64,000 nucleotides of DNA from Eledone cirrhosa. Taxonomy: Eukaryota. Positions within the stretch are counted from its first letter, which is position 1, and the number at the start of each line of letters is the position of its first letter. Under the pieces are notes generated by a model. The model did not search any database. It was not told the DNA's origin and saw only the letters and a list, made by a program, of their open reading frames with translations. Location of the stretch: assembly GCA_964016885.1 (NCBI GenBank), contig OZ024756.1:39246001-39310000 (forward strand). Direction: 5' to 3'. The translations under genes were made by a program, and so were the position numbers. This document shows, in pieces, positions 37,880 through 50,687 of this stretch.

Positions 37880-38350
37880 CAGATCGAATAACCAGGTAGA
37901 GGCTCTTTCGTGACTTTTATGCGTTTATGCTTATGTAGATCCAGGTCATTACTAGTTGACGGCATCCCATCAATGCGATTACATTGCTGAATGTGGCTTT
38001 TTGTATTGAGACGGTTTATGATTTGAAAGGGATTTGGCTGCTGTTTCTGGTACATCAAACACCAGTATAGAGATATTTTCATTAACTAGTAGAGATTATG
38101 ATAAGAACTGAATAGTTTCAAAATGAATATGGGAATTAGAACGTTAAAAGTGCTATACATGAATTAACATTTAATCTGTTCTTCAAGCACAGTAATAAGC
38201 TGAGCCACCGCTTAAGAAGCGTTGAAAAGAAGCGAACAACCATCAATGTTCCCAAGATAATATGTAAGTCTATGAAAGGTAACTTGCTCACACGACCTAT
38301 CAAATAATCCTCTTGTTCAATTTCTTTGACAAGCAGAGATAAAGTAAAAA
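37880..38350 (-). mobile_element. Possible highly decayed DIRS-type tyrosine recombinase remnant
   Basis: LSLLVKEIE..KLPFIDLHIILGTLM..RF and DLHKHKRIK/SHERASTWLF loosely resemble the DIRS motifs P.WDL..VL..L and KAHE.RA.STS. Confidence 0.3.
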
Positions 38351-38544
38351 TAAATGATTTGCCCAAAGACACGAGTAATCACTCACAGAACGGTTCAGTG
38401 GCCGAAACTAATTAACCCTTTAGCATTTAAACCGGCCATATCCTGACAATTTCTGAAAAACTACCTATATTAAAAACAAAGAAAAATACAGCTAGGGAAG
38501 GAGTAGGGTGGCATGTCTTCAGATAGAACGAGTTTATAATGCTG

Positions 38545-38575
<31 letters not shown>

Positions 38576-38579
38576 CACA

Positions 38580-38621
<42 letters not shown>

Positions 38622-38624
38622 TGT

Positions 38625-38872
38625 GTGAAGGCGCATGGCTTAGTGGTTAGAGCATTGGGCTTGCAATCGAAAGGTTGTGAGTTCAATTCTCGGACCGGGT
38701 GATGTGTGGTTTTCTTGAGCAAGACACTTTATTTCACGTTGCTCCAGTTTACGCAGCTCTAGAAATGAGATGATAGGACTGGGGCCCCTATCATTAAAAT
38801 TACCCAAGACACCTCCAACGAGATATATCTTGGAGGAGGCCAGCTAAACCTGCATAGGAGTCAGCTGTCACA
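38625..38872 (+). mobile_element. CORE-like SINE family C, full length
   Basis: A-box TGGCTTAGTGG, B-box GAGTTCAATTC, core and (CA)n tail. Confidence 0.9.
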
Positions 38873-38892
38873 AACACACATGTGTGTGTATG

Positions 38893-39040
38893 TAAAGGCG
38901 TATGGCTTAGGGGTTAGAGCGTTGATCTCACAGTTGTAAGGTTGTGAGATTGAATACTTGACCGTACGGTGCATTGTGTTCTTGAGCAAGATACTTTATT
39001 TCGCGTTGCTTCAGTTTACTCAGCTGTAGAAATGAGTTAA
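38893..39040 (+). mobile_element. CORE-like SINE, older partial copy
   Basis: Head plus core cttgagcaagatactttatttcgcgttgct. Confidence 0.8.
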
Positions 39041-39449
39041 GAGTGTCGGTGGGGAACCGTTTTGATATACGGTGTTTCTTCTTATTGTAAACCTTGCTAT
39101 ATAATCACAAACGTTTGTAAAGGAAATATCATTAGGAACAGCGCTAAAATAAACAGAAGTCCGCCGTAGAGATTGTTTCTTTGTAATAATCTTTTTAAAA
39201 TATCTCTAACATGAGAGACATCCATGGCTTCAGAGTATGTGATCAGATTGAGAACATTTTAATAGCAGCAGTTGGTTAGTTTTGTCACATAGAATGATTC
39301 GAGCAGAAATAAATGTGATATACTCTATATATATAATGTCAAAAGAATTCTATTGAGATAATGTCGCCTTAGTTACTAATTATCTTCGCTCAAATTGTCA
39401 AATTCTGTTCATTACACCTGCCTACGTTTAATTTAAATCTCTGGCTTCA

Positions 39450-39450
<1 letters not shown>

Positions 39451-39498
<48 letters not shown>

Positions 39499-39537
39499 CA
39501 CACACACATATATATATATATATACATATATACATAT

Positions 39538-39616
<79 letters not shown>

Positions 39617-39631
39617 TACATATATACATAC

Positions 39632-39691
<60 letters not shown>

Positions 39692-39790
39692 CTATATATA
39701 TCTATGTATATATATATATACATATATATATATCTATATATATCTATGTATATATATATATACATATATATATATCTATATATATCTATG

Positions 39791-39822
<32 letters not shown>

Positions 39823-39882
39823 CATACATATATATATATATATCTATGTATATATATATATATATATATGTATGTATACATA
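39451..39882. repeat. (TA)n-rich microsatellite
   Basis: Read directly. Confidence 0.95.
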
Positions 39883-40170
39883 TTTTAGATTTAAGTTGGT
39901 GACTTTGGACTATATTTGTAATATGGTTCTTAATGTTATCTACATCCTTAGTTATTATAATTTTATTATTTTTATCTTCATTTTTATTATCGTATATCTT
40001 TGTAAGACATTAGTGTATGTAAACTCCATATTCTTCAGAGTTTCTGGCTTGTATCTGCCGAAATTACCTCTTGTTGTTTTGATTGCCCTGATGAGTCCTT
40101 AATAGGACGAAACATTGTCGGCTAATAAAAACTTTTGATGTATTAAAGGATTCTTTGTTTTACTCTCTTA
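39883..40170 (+). mobile_element. Solo Penelope-like pLTR between TA tracts
   Basis: Unique island of about 290 bp with an intact hammerhead core followed by AATAAA. Confidence 0.65.
40082..40126 (+). ncRNA. Type I hammerhead ribozyme with a canonical core
   Basis: ATTGCC-CTGATGA-GTCCT-taat-AGGAC-GAAA-CATTG-TC^GGCtAAT. All core nucleotides are present, with a GUC triplet at 40117-40119. Confidence 0.85.
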
Positions 40171-40179
40171 ATATATATC

Positions 40180-40249
<70 letters not shown>

Positions 40250-40491
40250 CATATATATATATATGTACATATATACATACATATATATATATATGTACAT
40301 ATATACATACATATATATATATATGTACATATATACATACATATATATATATATATATACATATATATATACATATATATATAAGCCTGACCGATTTAAC
40401 TCACTCAATATGCAAATTAGGCTGCTCAGCCGTTAATTTTCATAAGGAAAGTATATACTTTCGAACGATCAACTATCTGGCAGATAGGTAT

Positions 40492-40534
40492 ACGGTGCTG
40501 ATGATAGCTAACAAGCTTGAAACTAGTACATCGT
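40492..40534 (+). ncRNA. Minimal type I hammerhead ribozyme
   Basis: ACGGTG-CTGATGA-tAGCT-aaca-AGCTt-GAAA-CTAG-TA^CATCGT. It has a 6-bp stem I, a palindromic CTAG loop III and a GUA triplet. Confidence 0.8.
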
Positions 40535-40712
40535 TCCTGTGTCAGTGTTGAACAAAAAGGTGACGTGGTTGCCTTAACACCGTATGGCATAAATTCAGGC
40601 TGTTCAGTTTGTTTACAAACGAACAAAGCGGCGTTATAATAAGCGTCCGCTAAACTGATACGTGCATATATGTATGTGTACCTGTATGTATATATGTATA
40701 TATATGTATGTA

Positions 40713-40768
<56 letters not shown>

Positions 40769-40877
40769 TGCTACTGTACGTCTGTACACATATATGTATG
40801 TACGTATACATACATATACATTTAAGTAAGTGCCATACTAAGAGTGAGAAATGAAATTTCGTTTTCATTTTTTTCAA

Positions 40878-40935
<58 letters not shown>

Positions 40936-41159
40936 TCAATATATATGTGCTTATCTATATATGCGTATATATCTGATTTATATTCTTTTTAGATAATTGA
41001 TTCTTACGATATTTTATCAGGTTTTCAGCGTCAACCAGGGATTTGATGTCTGCGACTTGGAATCACTGACCAGAATAGATTAAGCCACAATATATTCACA
41101 TTTACTCGAATCTTTCTCTTCATCTTCCATTATATTCTACTTGATTTTGCCAATATTTT

Positions 41160-41253
41160 TTCCTCTCTCTCCCTTTTTCTATTCTTACTCTCTTTCAGCC
41201 CCTCTCCCGTTTCTTCTTCTCTCCCCCCTCTCTCTCTCTCTCTCTATTCCTTT

Positions 41254-41286
<33 letters not shown>

Positions 41287-41725
41287 ATACTCTCTAATAC
41301 TCTCTCCTCTACTCTCTGTTCCTTTCCTTCTCTCTCTCCCTCTCTCTAATACTCTCTCCTCTACTCTCTATTCCTTTCCTTCTCTCTCTCTCTCTCTCTA
41401 ATACTCTCTCCTCTACTCTTTATTCCCCCCCCCTCTCTCTTTATTCCGTTCCTTTTCTTTCTATATCTCTCTCTGTCTCTCTTCTACTCTCTATTTCTTT
41501 TCTCTCACTCTCTCTTTCCTTTCTCTCTCTCTCTCTTTCTCTCTCTCTTTTCTTTCCTCACTCTTTCCCTCTCCCGTTTCTTCTATCCCTCGATTCCGTT
41601 TCTTCTTCTTCTTCTTCTTCTTCTTCTTCTTCTTCTCTGTCTCTTTCTCTCTTTTCCTGCTTCTCCCTTTCTTCATTTCCTCCTTCTCTCACTCTCTCCT
41701 TCCCTCCACTCTCTTCTCTTTCCAT
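41160..41725. repeat. CT-rich low-complexity region with (TTC)n
   Basis: Read directly. Confidence 0.9.
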
Positions 41726-42240
41726 TTCGTCATGTTTGTATATATTTTTCTTTACTATTTCAAGAATTAAAAGAAAAAATCTTTGATTTGAGAGTAAAGA
41801 TTACAAAATCGTCTGCAGTTTATCTCAAGAAAACATTTCAAATATTATATTTTATACATCATTTTATATTCTAGGTTATATATATTTTTTTCTGCTTTCT
41901 AATTTTGTTTCACTTTCGAAACAACAACCACGGATTATTCAGGTAATCCGTAAAATATTCGAAGTTGGTTTTATCCCCTGAGAAATTATTTGTCAATCTA
42001 AGACATCTTTGTGGCTATATGAAGTCAGAGGCACTGGGCAGTATTCTTTTCATTTATTTATTCATAGGACTATAACTTTATTCTTTATACGCATTTCTGG
42101 TATATTCTTTTTCAGTTTAGAACTATTCATACACACACGAGTTCACGTGCAAATCGCTTCTTGCTTTCTTACTCTCCCTTTATATATATACGGCGTAGAC
42201 ATTACAATACAATGCAATAGGAGGGAACATAATAGTACCA

Positions 42241-42276
42241 CTGATGATGTTGCAGATGTGCAACGAAAGAACTTTT
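42241..42276 (+). ncRNA. Hammerhead-like core with decayed stem I
   Basis: CTGATGA-T-GTTGCA-gatg-TGCAAC-GAAA-GAACTT, inside the TA-flanked element 42190-42467. Confidence 0.6.
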
Positions 42277-42462
42277 ATAGATTATATATATATATTTATA
42301 TCTGTATTTTTAACCGTTGGTCAATCAATGATAAACATTGAGGACCAAATGAATTAACTGTGGAGATATAAAAGACACAGAAGCGAAAAGCAACCAAACA
42401 GTGAGTGTGTTCTGTTATTATTTCTGGCAATATTATTACAACAATATGACCCTCCCCAAGTA

Positions 42463-42511
<49 letters not shown>

Positions 42512-42747
42512 CGAGATCCACACACACACACACACACACATATAAATAAATGGAATGATAGATGGTGGGGATGTTGTTGATGAGGTTTTGTTACTGGAGA
42601 ATGGTTGATGCTGGGGCTGTCTTGTGCTGTATAAGTACTCAATACTTTAGTAGAGTGTAAACATCAAATTTTATAACTGTTTCATTCGAAAGAAATCATT
42701 GATGATATCTTTCAAATATATATATATATATATATTGGATTCCCTAT

Positions 42748-42825
42748 AGTGAGGTTGAGAGTTCGATTCCTTGCGTTATGTCCTTGAGCAAGACACTTTA
42801 TTTCACGTTGCCTCTTCTACCTGGA
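42748..42825 (+). mobile_element. CORE-like SINE fragment
   Basis: gagttcgattcc plus gtccttgagcaagacactttatttcacgttgc. Confidence 0.8.
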
Positions 42826-42912
42826 GTTGCGACCGATAGATAGTTTTAGCAATTGCAAAGACCAATAGAAACATTGTTTCCTCGGTCCGATTTGACGAAA
42901 GTCGATCGACTG

Positions 42913-42977
<65 letters not shown>

Positions 42978-42982
<5 letters not shown>

Positions 42983-43120
42983 GGGTTCAATCGGAGGTAA
43001 CCACAGTAAGTAAGGTACTCAATACATAGCAGAGAATAAATATTTAATATAGAAATGGCTTCTACAGGACTAGAACTGTTTCATTTCCTGATGGTTTCTC
43101 CCGAATGAAACAGTTCTAGT

Positions 43121-43122
<2 letters not shown>
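42978..43122. mobile_element. Family B Penelope-like remnant with a fold-back
   Basis: 18-bp arms at 43068-43085 and 43104-43121 around CTGATGGTTTCTCCCG; TA runs on both sides. Confidence 0.65.
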
Positions 43123-43159
<37 letters not shown>

Positions 43160-43160
<1 letters not shown>

Positions 43161-43491
43161 AAAGTTCTATTTAAATTGTTGGGATGCAACAAGCAAATAT
43201 TTGTATAACTGATATAAAGCACTCAACAAATAATTGGAGTAAAAATACGATATTAACAAATGGAAACTATATTTATAAAACCATATTTATTTCATTATAC
43301 ATAAACTATCCGGGAGCTTGCAACAGTAATGGTTGCATTCTTTAAGGGTATGTCAATATTTATCTATAAAACTGCTCTATATTATATTTTATCTGGTGAG
43401 AGCACACCATAATTTAACTTGGTGTCCTTGAAATATGTATAATGAAATAAATATGGTTTTATAAATATAGTTTCCATTTGTTAATATCGTA
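43160..43491. mobile_element. Inverted-repeat remnant homologous to 9581-9718
   Basis: Arms of about 56 bp, tacgatattaacaaatggaaactatatttataaaaccatatttatttcattatacata and its reverse complement. Confidence 0.7.
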
Positions 43492-43537
43492 TATATATAT
43501 ATATATATAGTTATGTAAAAACAACATAAGATAATTA

Positions 43538-43603
43538 TTTCATTTACCAGTGGTTTCTTGAACGCAAATAAACGCAAATAAAATTTCAGTCATCAGAATG
43601 AAA
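43538..43603 (-). ncRNA. Type I hammerhead ribozyme
   Basis: TTTCATT-CTGATGA-cTGAA-(loop with duplicated tttatttgcg)-TTCAa-GAAA-CCACTGG-TA^AATGAAA. It has a 7-bp stem I and a GUA triplet. Confidence 0.75.
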
Positions 43604-43711
43604 AAATCCTGGTCATAACTATTAAGCTCTGTAACCTACATAGAGCACTCTTTTTTCCTGGACCTTTCCGACGGAATTACTTCATTCACACACACATATA
43701 ATATATATAGC

Positions 43712-43896
43712 AAAAGAGTCAGGACCCCGACGGCTGAGCTCCGGCGGTTTCGACAGCTAGTCTGAACGCGCTGTCGAAACGGCCGGAGCTCAGCCGTCGG
43801 GGTCCTGACTCTTTTCCTATTACCCACTCTACTACCCATAGTATCGAGTACTCTGGTGCATTATGGTCCACCTGGTTACTTACCACACTTCCTTCG

Positions 43897-43897
<1 letters not shown>
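43712..43897 (+). mobile_element. Family P, third copy
   Basis: Palindrome at 43712-43815 with GAAACGGC-cggagctca-GCCGTC-GGGGTC and the same tail; TA-flanked. Confidence 0.72.
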
Positions 43898-43944
<47 letters not shown>

Positions 43945-44067
43945 GTAATGTATAATTAACTATGGTTTCACCGCTGTTTGCCAAACACGTTTTCAACTAC
44001 GCAGAACTTGTAGCATTTCACCAACTCCGGAAATACACGTACGTCATCATACATATATCTATAGGGA

Positions 44068-44177
<110 letters not shown>

Positions 44178-44356
44178 TGCGTGTATGGGTGTGTTGCTGA
44201 AACCGTCCATATTTAATAAATTCAAACACACGCATACATACATACACACACATACGTATATACATAAAGCTATGTATATATATATATATATGTACACACA
44301 CACACATACATATATATATATAAATATGTATACACGTACATACACCGTCCCACACA

Positions 44357-44401
<45 letters not shown>

Positions 44402-45118
44402 CTATCTATATATATAAATATGTATACAAGTACATACACACTCCCACATATCCCTATATATATATGCGTACATAACCCCCCCCCCACACACACACACACA
44501 TATGTGTAGATGAAGTAATATGGCTTTCCACCTGCTTGGCAAAACCTTGCGTTGCAAACACGGCTAGAAAAAAGTCATAGTTCATGTTTGTGTGTGTGTT
44601 TGTGTTTGTGTGTGTGAATGTGTATATGTATATGCCTGTGTATGTGTGAGTGTATGTGTATATGTGTATGTGTACGATCCTGTGTGTGTGTGTGTGTGTA
44701 TATGTATGTGTGACATACATCTGGAGAGAGAACCGGAAGACAAGTGAAACCAGAAAGGAAGTTAAGTTTATTATTGACCACGTGATCTACGCTCGCTGGA
44801 TAAGAACGAAAGAACAATGGAGAATAGTAATGAAATACGTCCAATGAAATAGTTTCTTTAATGGGTCATAAAACCCAGTTCCAACTGGATTCTTTTGTTT
44901 GAATTAAGGATGTTTGCATCGTTTCTGCTATATACTTTTAGCTTACTTATTTACTTGCCTTTCCTCCTCCTTGTTGTTGCTCGTGATTGTTCTCATTCGA
45001 CTTGTCTGTATAGTTCGTAGCTTACAATTCCGAATTGAATGGGTATGCAGACGAACCTATACAAACAAACGTACATATGTACATATAAGGGAACTTTTCT
45101 CTCTCTCCCTCTCTTTCC

Positions 45119-45170
<52 letters not shown>

Positions 45171-45292
45171 ACACACGTATATATATTCCTACATCTTTAT
45201 ACATACACAAACACACATATATATTTACATATATATATATACACACACACACATTCCTACATCTTTACACACACACACATTCCTACATCTTT

Positions 45293-45326
<34 letters not shown>

Positions 45327-45589
45327 TTACATATACATATATATACACATTCTTGCATCTTTATACACACACACATACGCACATACACACACACATATAT
45401 TTATATATATATTAATATATATACAGTGAAAATGCTCAGTTAAAGAGCATTGAATATCAATCCTTGAACGTCTAACTAAATATAAATAATAAAGACATCA
45501 ATATTTAATAGTGCTTAGGTTCGATTATTGGTAAATATGCATAGCTAAGCTATCATAAATACACACACACTCTCACACACACAGATACA

Positions 45590-45691
<102 letters not shown>

Positions 45692-45774
45692 AACACACAC
45701 ACACACACACACATGCTGGTATGTAAACACTCACATGAACTTATATACACACTATCACTACAAACCCACAAACA

Positions 45775-46147
45775 CACATGCTATCACCCACAGACCCACA
45801 TGCTATCACCCACAGACCCACATGCTATCACCCACAGACCCACATGCTAGCACCCACAGACCCACATGCTAGCACCCACAGACCCACATGCTAGCACCCA
45901 CAGACCCACATGCTAGCACCCACAGACCCACATGCTAGCACCCACAGACCCACATGCTAGCACCCAGAAACCCACATGCTATCACCCACAAACACATGCT
46001 ATCACCCACAGACCTACATGTTATCACCCAACAAAGCCTCAGATCCACATGATATCACCCACAAACACATATGCTACCACCCAACAAACACACTTGCTAT
46101 CACAAACAAACACCCATGATATCACCCACAGACCCACATGATATCAC
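45775..46147. repeat. 22-bp minisatellite decaying towards the 3' end
   Basis: Unit catgcta(t/g)cacccacagaccca. Confidence 0.92.
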
Positions 46148-46299
46148 GAATACATCTGCCCCACAAGAGCGACACAAACAACTTTTATGTAATCGAATAT
46201 AGAAATATTAACGTGAGTTAATCTTTCTCTGAAAAATCTGGACTCTGTTACCTTCTCAGACAATTCCAGTTAGACACCTCATATTGTTTTTCAACAATG

Positions 46300-46600
46300 C
46301 TACAACTGAGAATCATTGATCCATCCTGATCGATTTTCTTCCTATTTAACAGGAAACAATCTTTTTGGTTTGTCTCATGAAGTCCACTTTACTTAATATT
46401 GATTCTGGAAGGTCTTACAAGCTTTTCTTGGAATTTCGTCCGCTAAAAATGCTACAATTAAACAGTCCGACTCCATTTCTATGGATATCATGTTTTTTAT
46501 GGAGACAGAACTCCTTGAGCGGTGGTCATCTTTCACGCCAAAGCCATTTAATCTCCTTTGTTCTCAATCTCCCAGGATCTCGAACATGGTTACTAACTCC
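46300..46600 (-). mobile_element. Possible decayed RTE-clade LINE 3' remnant
   Basis: The minus strand gives QRRLNGFG-VK (cf. RRLRWFGHV) and GR..KK (cf. GRPKKTW). Confidence 0.35.
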
Positions 46601-47452
46601 TTTGCCCAACAAAATCTGTTTAATGTAACTGAAACACATGGTCTGCAAAAGACTTCTGAATGCAAGGTAGGAAATTACCGTTTCATGCGTTCATTGAGCA
46701 GTAGAACTTCACATTTCAAGCTGAATTAGTCACTCAGTTATAATTTAGAAACAGCATTACCAGTAGGGGAAATATCAATAATATATTCGCCCGTGATTTG
46801 GAAATCAAATAATCAAACTCTATGCAATCATCAAATCTACTCTTAAACACACTTTCTCGACCTCACACTTACCATCACCAACAAACACACTTTCCCGCCC
46901 TCACACTTACCATCACCAACAAACACATGCAGCGAGTGAAACTCACCAAGAAAGTATTATATATGTTGGTTGTAAAAATTGACAGAAAAAGACGAATGTT
47001 GTTATTTCCTAACATCAAAAAAGGTTAAATATTTATAGGTTTCTAAACTTACTAGTTTCAATATTAATGATTGATTTGCTGAAAACGTTGAGGATAGTGA
47101 GAAATGAATGAATTATGTTTTGTAAAATAACAAAAAAATGACAAAAGGTTTCTCTGCAAAATTTAAAAAAATTCAACAATCGAAGATATACAAAAGGTTC
47201 AAGGTTAATCATCGATGACTCTCTTCTGAAAAAATGTAATAGATTGAATCAAATGGAATCAATTTAATCGATACTGTATTAATCGATGAAAATGACGGAT
47301 AGTATTGTCTAAGAACCTCGAGAAAGTTCAGCTTTCGATCTTCTGCAAACATCTTATCTTTGATTGTAGTATCTGAGATGTAGACAAAGAAAAGGAAATC
47401 AATGTATATCTTACAAATGAATATAACTGCAGAAAATCTACGACTGAACAAA

Positions 47453-47589
47453 CAAAATTCGTTGTAATGAAAAATTCTTTATAACGAAATCGACCTAACA
47501 CATCGAGAGTATGACCGGGTGCTGAAAAAATTTCGTTATACTGAAAGATTCGTTATAATGATATTCGTTATAACGGAATTTTACCTGTA
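47453..47589. mobile_element. pogo/Tigger-like MITE remnant
   Basis: Subterminal TTCGTTATAACG motifs occur in inverted orientation; the right end reads ttataacggaattttacctg-TA. Confidence 0.6.
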
Positions 47590-47695
47590 TAATATAATAT
47601 AATATATTATAATATAATATAATATACTGCTACTAATAATAACTATTTCTTTCTTATTTGTTTAATGATATTCATGTATACATATATACACACTG

Positions 47696-47745
<50 letters not shown>

Positions 47746-48010
47746 ATACACACACACACACACACACATTTATATAGCTTTTGTGTTTTAATATTGTTGG
47801 TGTGAAGAGATGTTTTGAAAGAGATATTGAAAATTTGAGAGAAGCAGTTTACCAATCAAATAAAAGTACTGAACAACTCTCAATTCAGTTAATCAATTAG
47901 ATCATTCACCAATTAATCAGGTGATTAATTGGTTCCTCAAGGTGTTTTCCTCACAACACTTCGTTGTTGTGAATGAATCAACAATAATAAACGTAAAAAA
48001 TACTAAATTA

Positions 48011-48046
<36 letters not shown>

Positions 48047-48048
<2 letters not shown>

Positions 48049-48294
48049 CAGCTCACACCTATACAGGTTTAGCTGGCCTCCTCCTCCAAGGTATATCTCG
48101 TTGGAGGTGCCTTGGGTGATTTAATGATAGGGACCCCAGTCCTATCATCTCATTTCTACAGCTGAGTAAACTGCAGCAACGTGAAATAAAGTGTCTTGCT
48201 CAAGGAAACAACACATCACCCGGTCCGAGAATTGAACTTACAACCTTTCAATTGCAAGCCCAATTCTCTAACCACTAAGCCATGCGCCTTCACA
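48047..48294 (-). mobile_element. CORE-like SINE family C
   Basis: Reverse-complement homologue of 38625-38872. Confidence 0.9.
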
Positions 48295-48509
48295 AATTAG
48301 TTTGGAACCAAAGGACGACAAAATATTACATTTGTTATTTTTATTATCGTCTGCTCAATTGAGGAAGGAAGTTGTATAACACGTTTAAAAAGCTCTCGGT
48401 GTAAGTGAAGTAAAGGAGGATGTTATCCTTAGATTACAGTTGTAATACGATTGGTTGTAAACAGAGTGTAGGGCTGTAGAAGTAGGTGTATAAAAGGTGT
48501 GTAACGACA

Positions 48510-48691
48510 TTGGCAGTATCGGTAGAGCGTCAGACGCTGTTTTACAGCATAGAGTTATGGGCCTTTATGTTCTGAGTTCAAAAACCGCCAAGGTTAACTT
48601 TGCCTTTCATCCTTACGGGATCGATAAATGAAAGCACCAGTAATACACTGATTTAATTGCTGGCCTTGTGCCAAACGTAGAAACAATTATT
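48510..48691 (+). mobile_element. SINE family A
   Basis: A and B boxes, core and tail. Confidence 0.88.
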
Positions 48692-49419
48692 TCATAAGTC
48701 CTTTTTAAAAAGATGTTAGTTGGGCGGTTTTGTTTAGTTTGAGCTGCGTTCACTCCATATCGATCAGCTAGTTAAATCGAGGCCAATCTCGTATTGTATT
48801 GCCATAGACAACTGAATCCTACCAATGTCTGACACGCATTACTGACAGAAAGTAAATTAAAACAAAACAGCAAGACTTCAACTTAGAAATTAGATGAATG
48901 AAATTAAATACTGTAAATCAGACAACGATCTTCTGCTGTAACACAAACTTCATTGACATCCTGATGAAGCAACACATCTTTTCAACATAACCAATATACA
49001 AACTAATATGCTAGAATATTCTTGACAGGTGATAAGCATATTCATAGATAAATGCCAAGAGAGAAATAATCATTGGTAAATGGAAGGATTTCAATTATGT
49101 GCATTATATAACAAGTTGGCTGAATAAATAAATTGAACACACTTATGCCCAATGGCACATAGACATCTGCTAATTTTAGAAATAACGGTAGAATTAACAT
49201 CTAGTCCAAAATAACACCTGTCGGCTGATAAGAAATCTCCCTTATTAAAGCAACAACCACTTCTTTTATATACGCAAATTAATAGACGTTCTGACAATAT
49301 TTCTACTAAATAGAAGAACTACAGCATTCACATTTTCTTCAGAATAATGAATTATGTAATCACTAAAAGATGTGATGCAAGATACATACATACATATATA
49401 CATACATACATACAATACA

Positions 49420-50045
49420 TAATATGAAAGAGTACTGGTGGAATGTTCCAGTAAAAACCCCAATAAAATGCAGGCATAACAGACCAGATATTATGACATG
49501 GGACAGGGAGAAGAAAACATGCACAGTAGTGGAAATTAGCTGCCCAGCAGATGCCAATATAATATCAAAGATTAGCGAAAATGAGAATTTTTATGCAGAA
49601 CTAATGAGAAATGTGCAGATACTCCACCCTGATTTTACCTTCAGATTTATACCTGTGATTATTGGGACACTGGGATATGTTAGTAACTACCTTAATACAA
49701 ATCTTGTGAAGCTGGGCTTCACAGGAACAGAAAGAACACAACTAGTTAGGAAATTACAAGTACAATCCATTAATGGAATAGTAAAAATATGTAAAACATT
49801 CCAAAAATGTTGCATCTGATAACTGCATATACACATGTACAGATACAAAGCGTATACACATGCACACATACAACTCAAAACATACACATCCACACACATA
49901 CAATAACATCTATATCTACACATGCATACATACATATCTACCTAGTTGATGTTGTGTAAATTCTAATGAGAGAGTCTTGAGTCTATGTTAGAAACCGACT
50001 CTCTCTCTATTGGTAAAACTTTGTGAAATTATAAAACCAGAAGAA
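49420..50045 (+). mobile_element. 3' fragment of an RLE-type (R4-like) non-LTR retrotransposon in a (CATA)n tract
   Basis: ORF 49424-49819 contains HNRPDIMTWD..K.C..VEISCPAD.N...K..E....Y..L and FIPVIIGTLG, a PD-(D/E)xK RLE domain. The 3' UTR has a gagagagtc/gactctctc hairpin. Confidence 0.88.
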
Positions 50046-50232
50046 CATACATACACACATAATTACATATATAGGCACATATATATATAGGTACATACAT
50101 ACATATATACACACATATACACATTCATACATACATACATACATACATACATACACACATACATCAGTGCTGGTGTTGACATTTGTTCTTTGATTGTTTT
50201 CTTTTTCATTTTTATCATTCCTTATTATTATT

Positions 50233-50687
50233 ATTGGCAGTATCGGTAGAGCGTTGGACAACATGGCTTGCGACATAGAGTTACGGCCCTTTACGGTCTG
50301 AGTTCAAATCTCGCCGAGGTTAACTTTTCTTTCATCCTTACGGGATCGATAAAATAAAGTACCAGTAACGCACTGGGGTCGAATTAATCGACTTTCGCCT
50401 CCCACTTAAATTATTGGCTTCGTACCTAAATCAGAAACTATTATTTGAACACAGATAATGGGGTCTGACTTAGGTAGAAAGCCAACAGAAGGCAGTGGAT
50501 TGGCAATATCGGTAGAGAGTCGGACGCCATGCTTTGCAATATAGAGTTACGGCCCTTTACGGTCTGGGTTCAAATCCCGCTGAGGTTAACTTTGCCTTTC
50601 ATCCTTACGGGGTCGATAAAATAAAGTACCAGTAATGTACTGGGATAATTGTTGGCCTTGTGCCAAAAAGTTGAAACAATTATTATT
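50233..50687 (+). mobile_element. Two family A SINEs (50233-50445 and 50491-50687)
   Basis: A and B boxes and core in both. Confidence 0.9.

Noticed and set aside
38628-38700. tRNA gene
   Set aside because: The tRNA-like head continues into a SINE core and is multi-copy; there is no proper acceptor stem.
48961-48990. CTGATGA motif
   Set aside because: No stem II-GAAA follows; the same applies to the motifs near 5971 and 56317.
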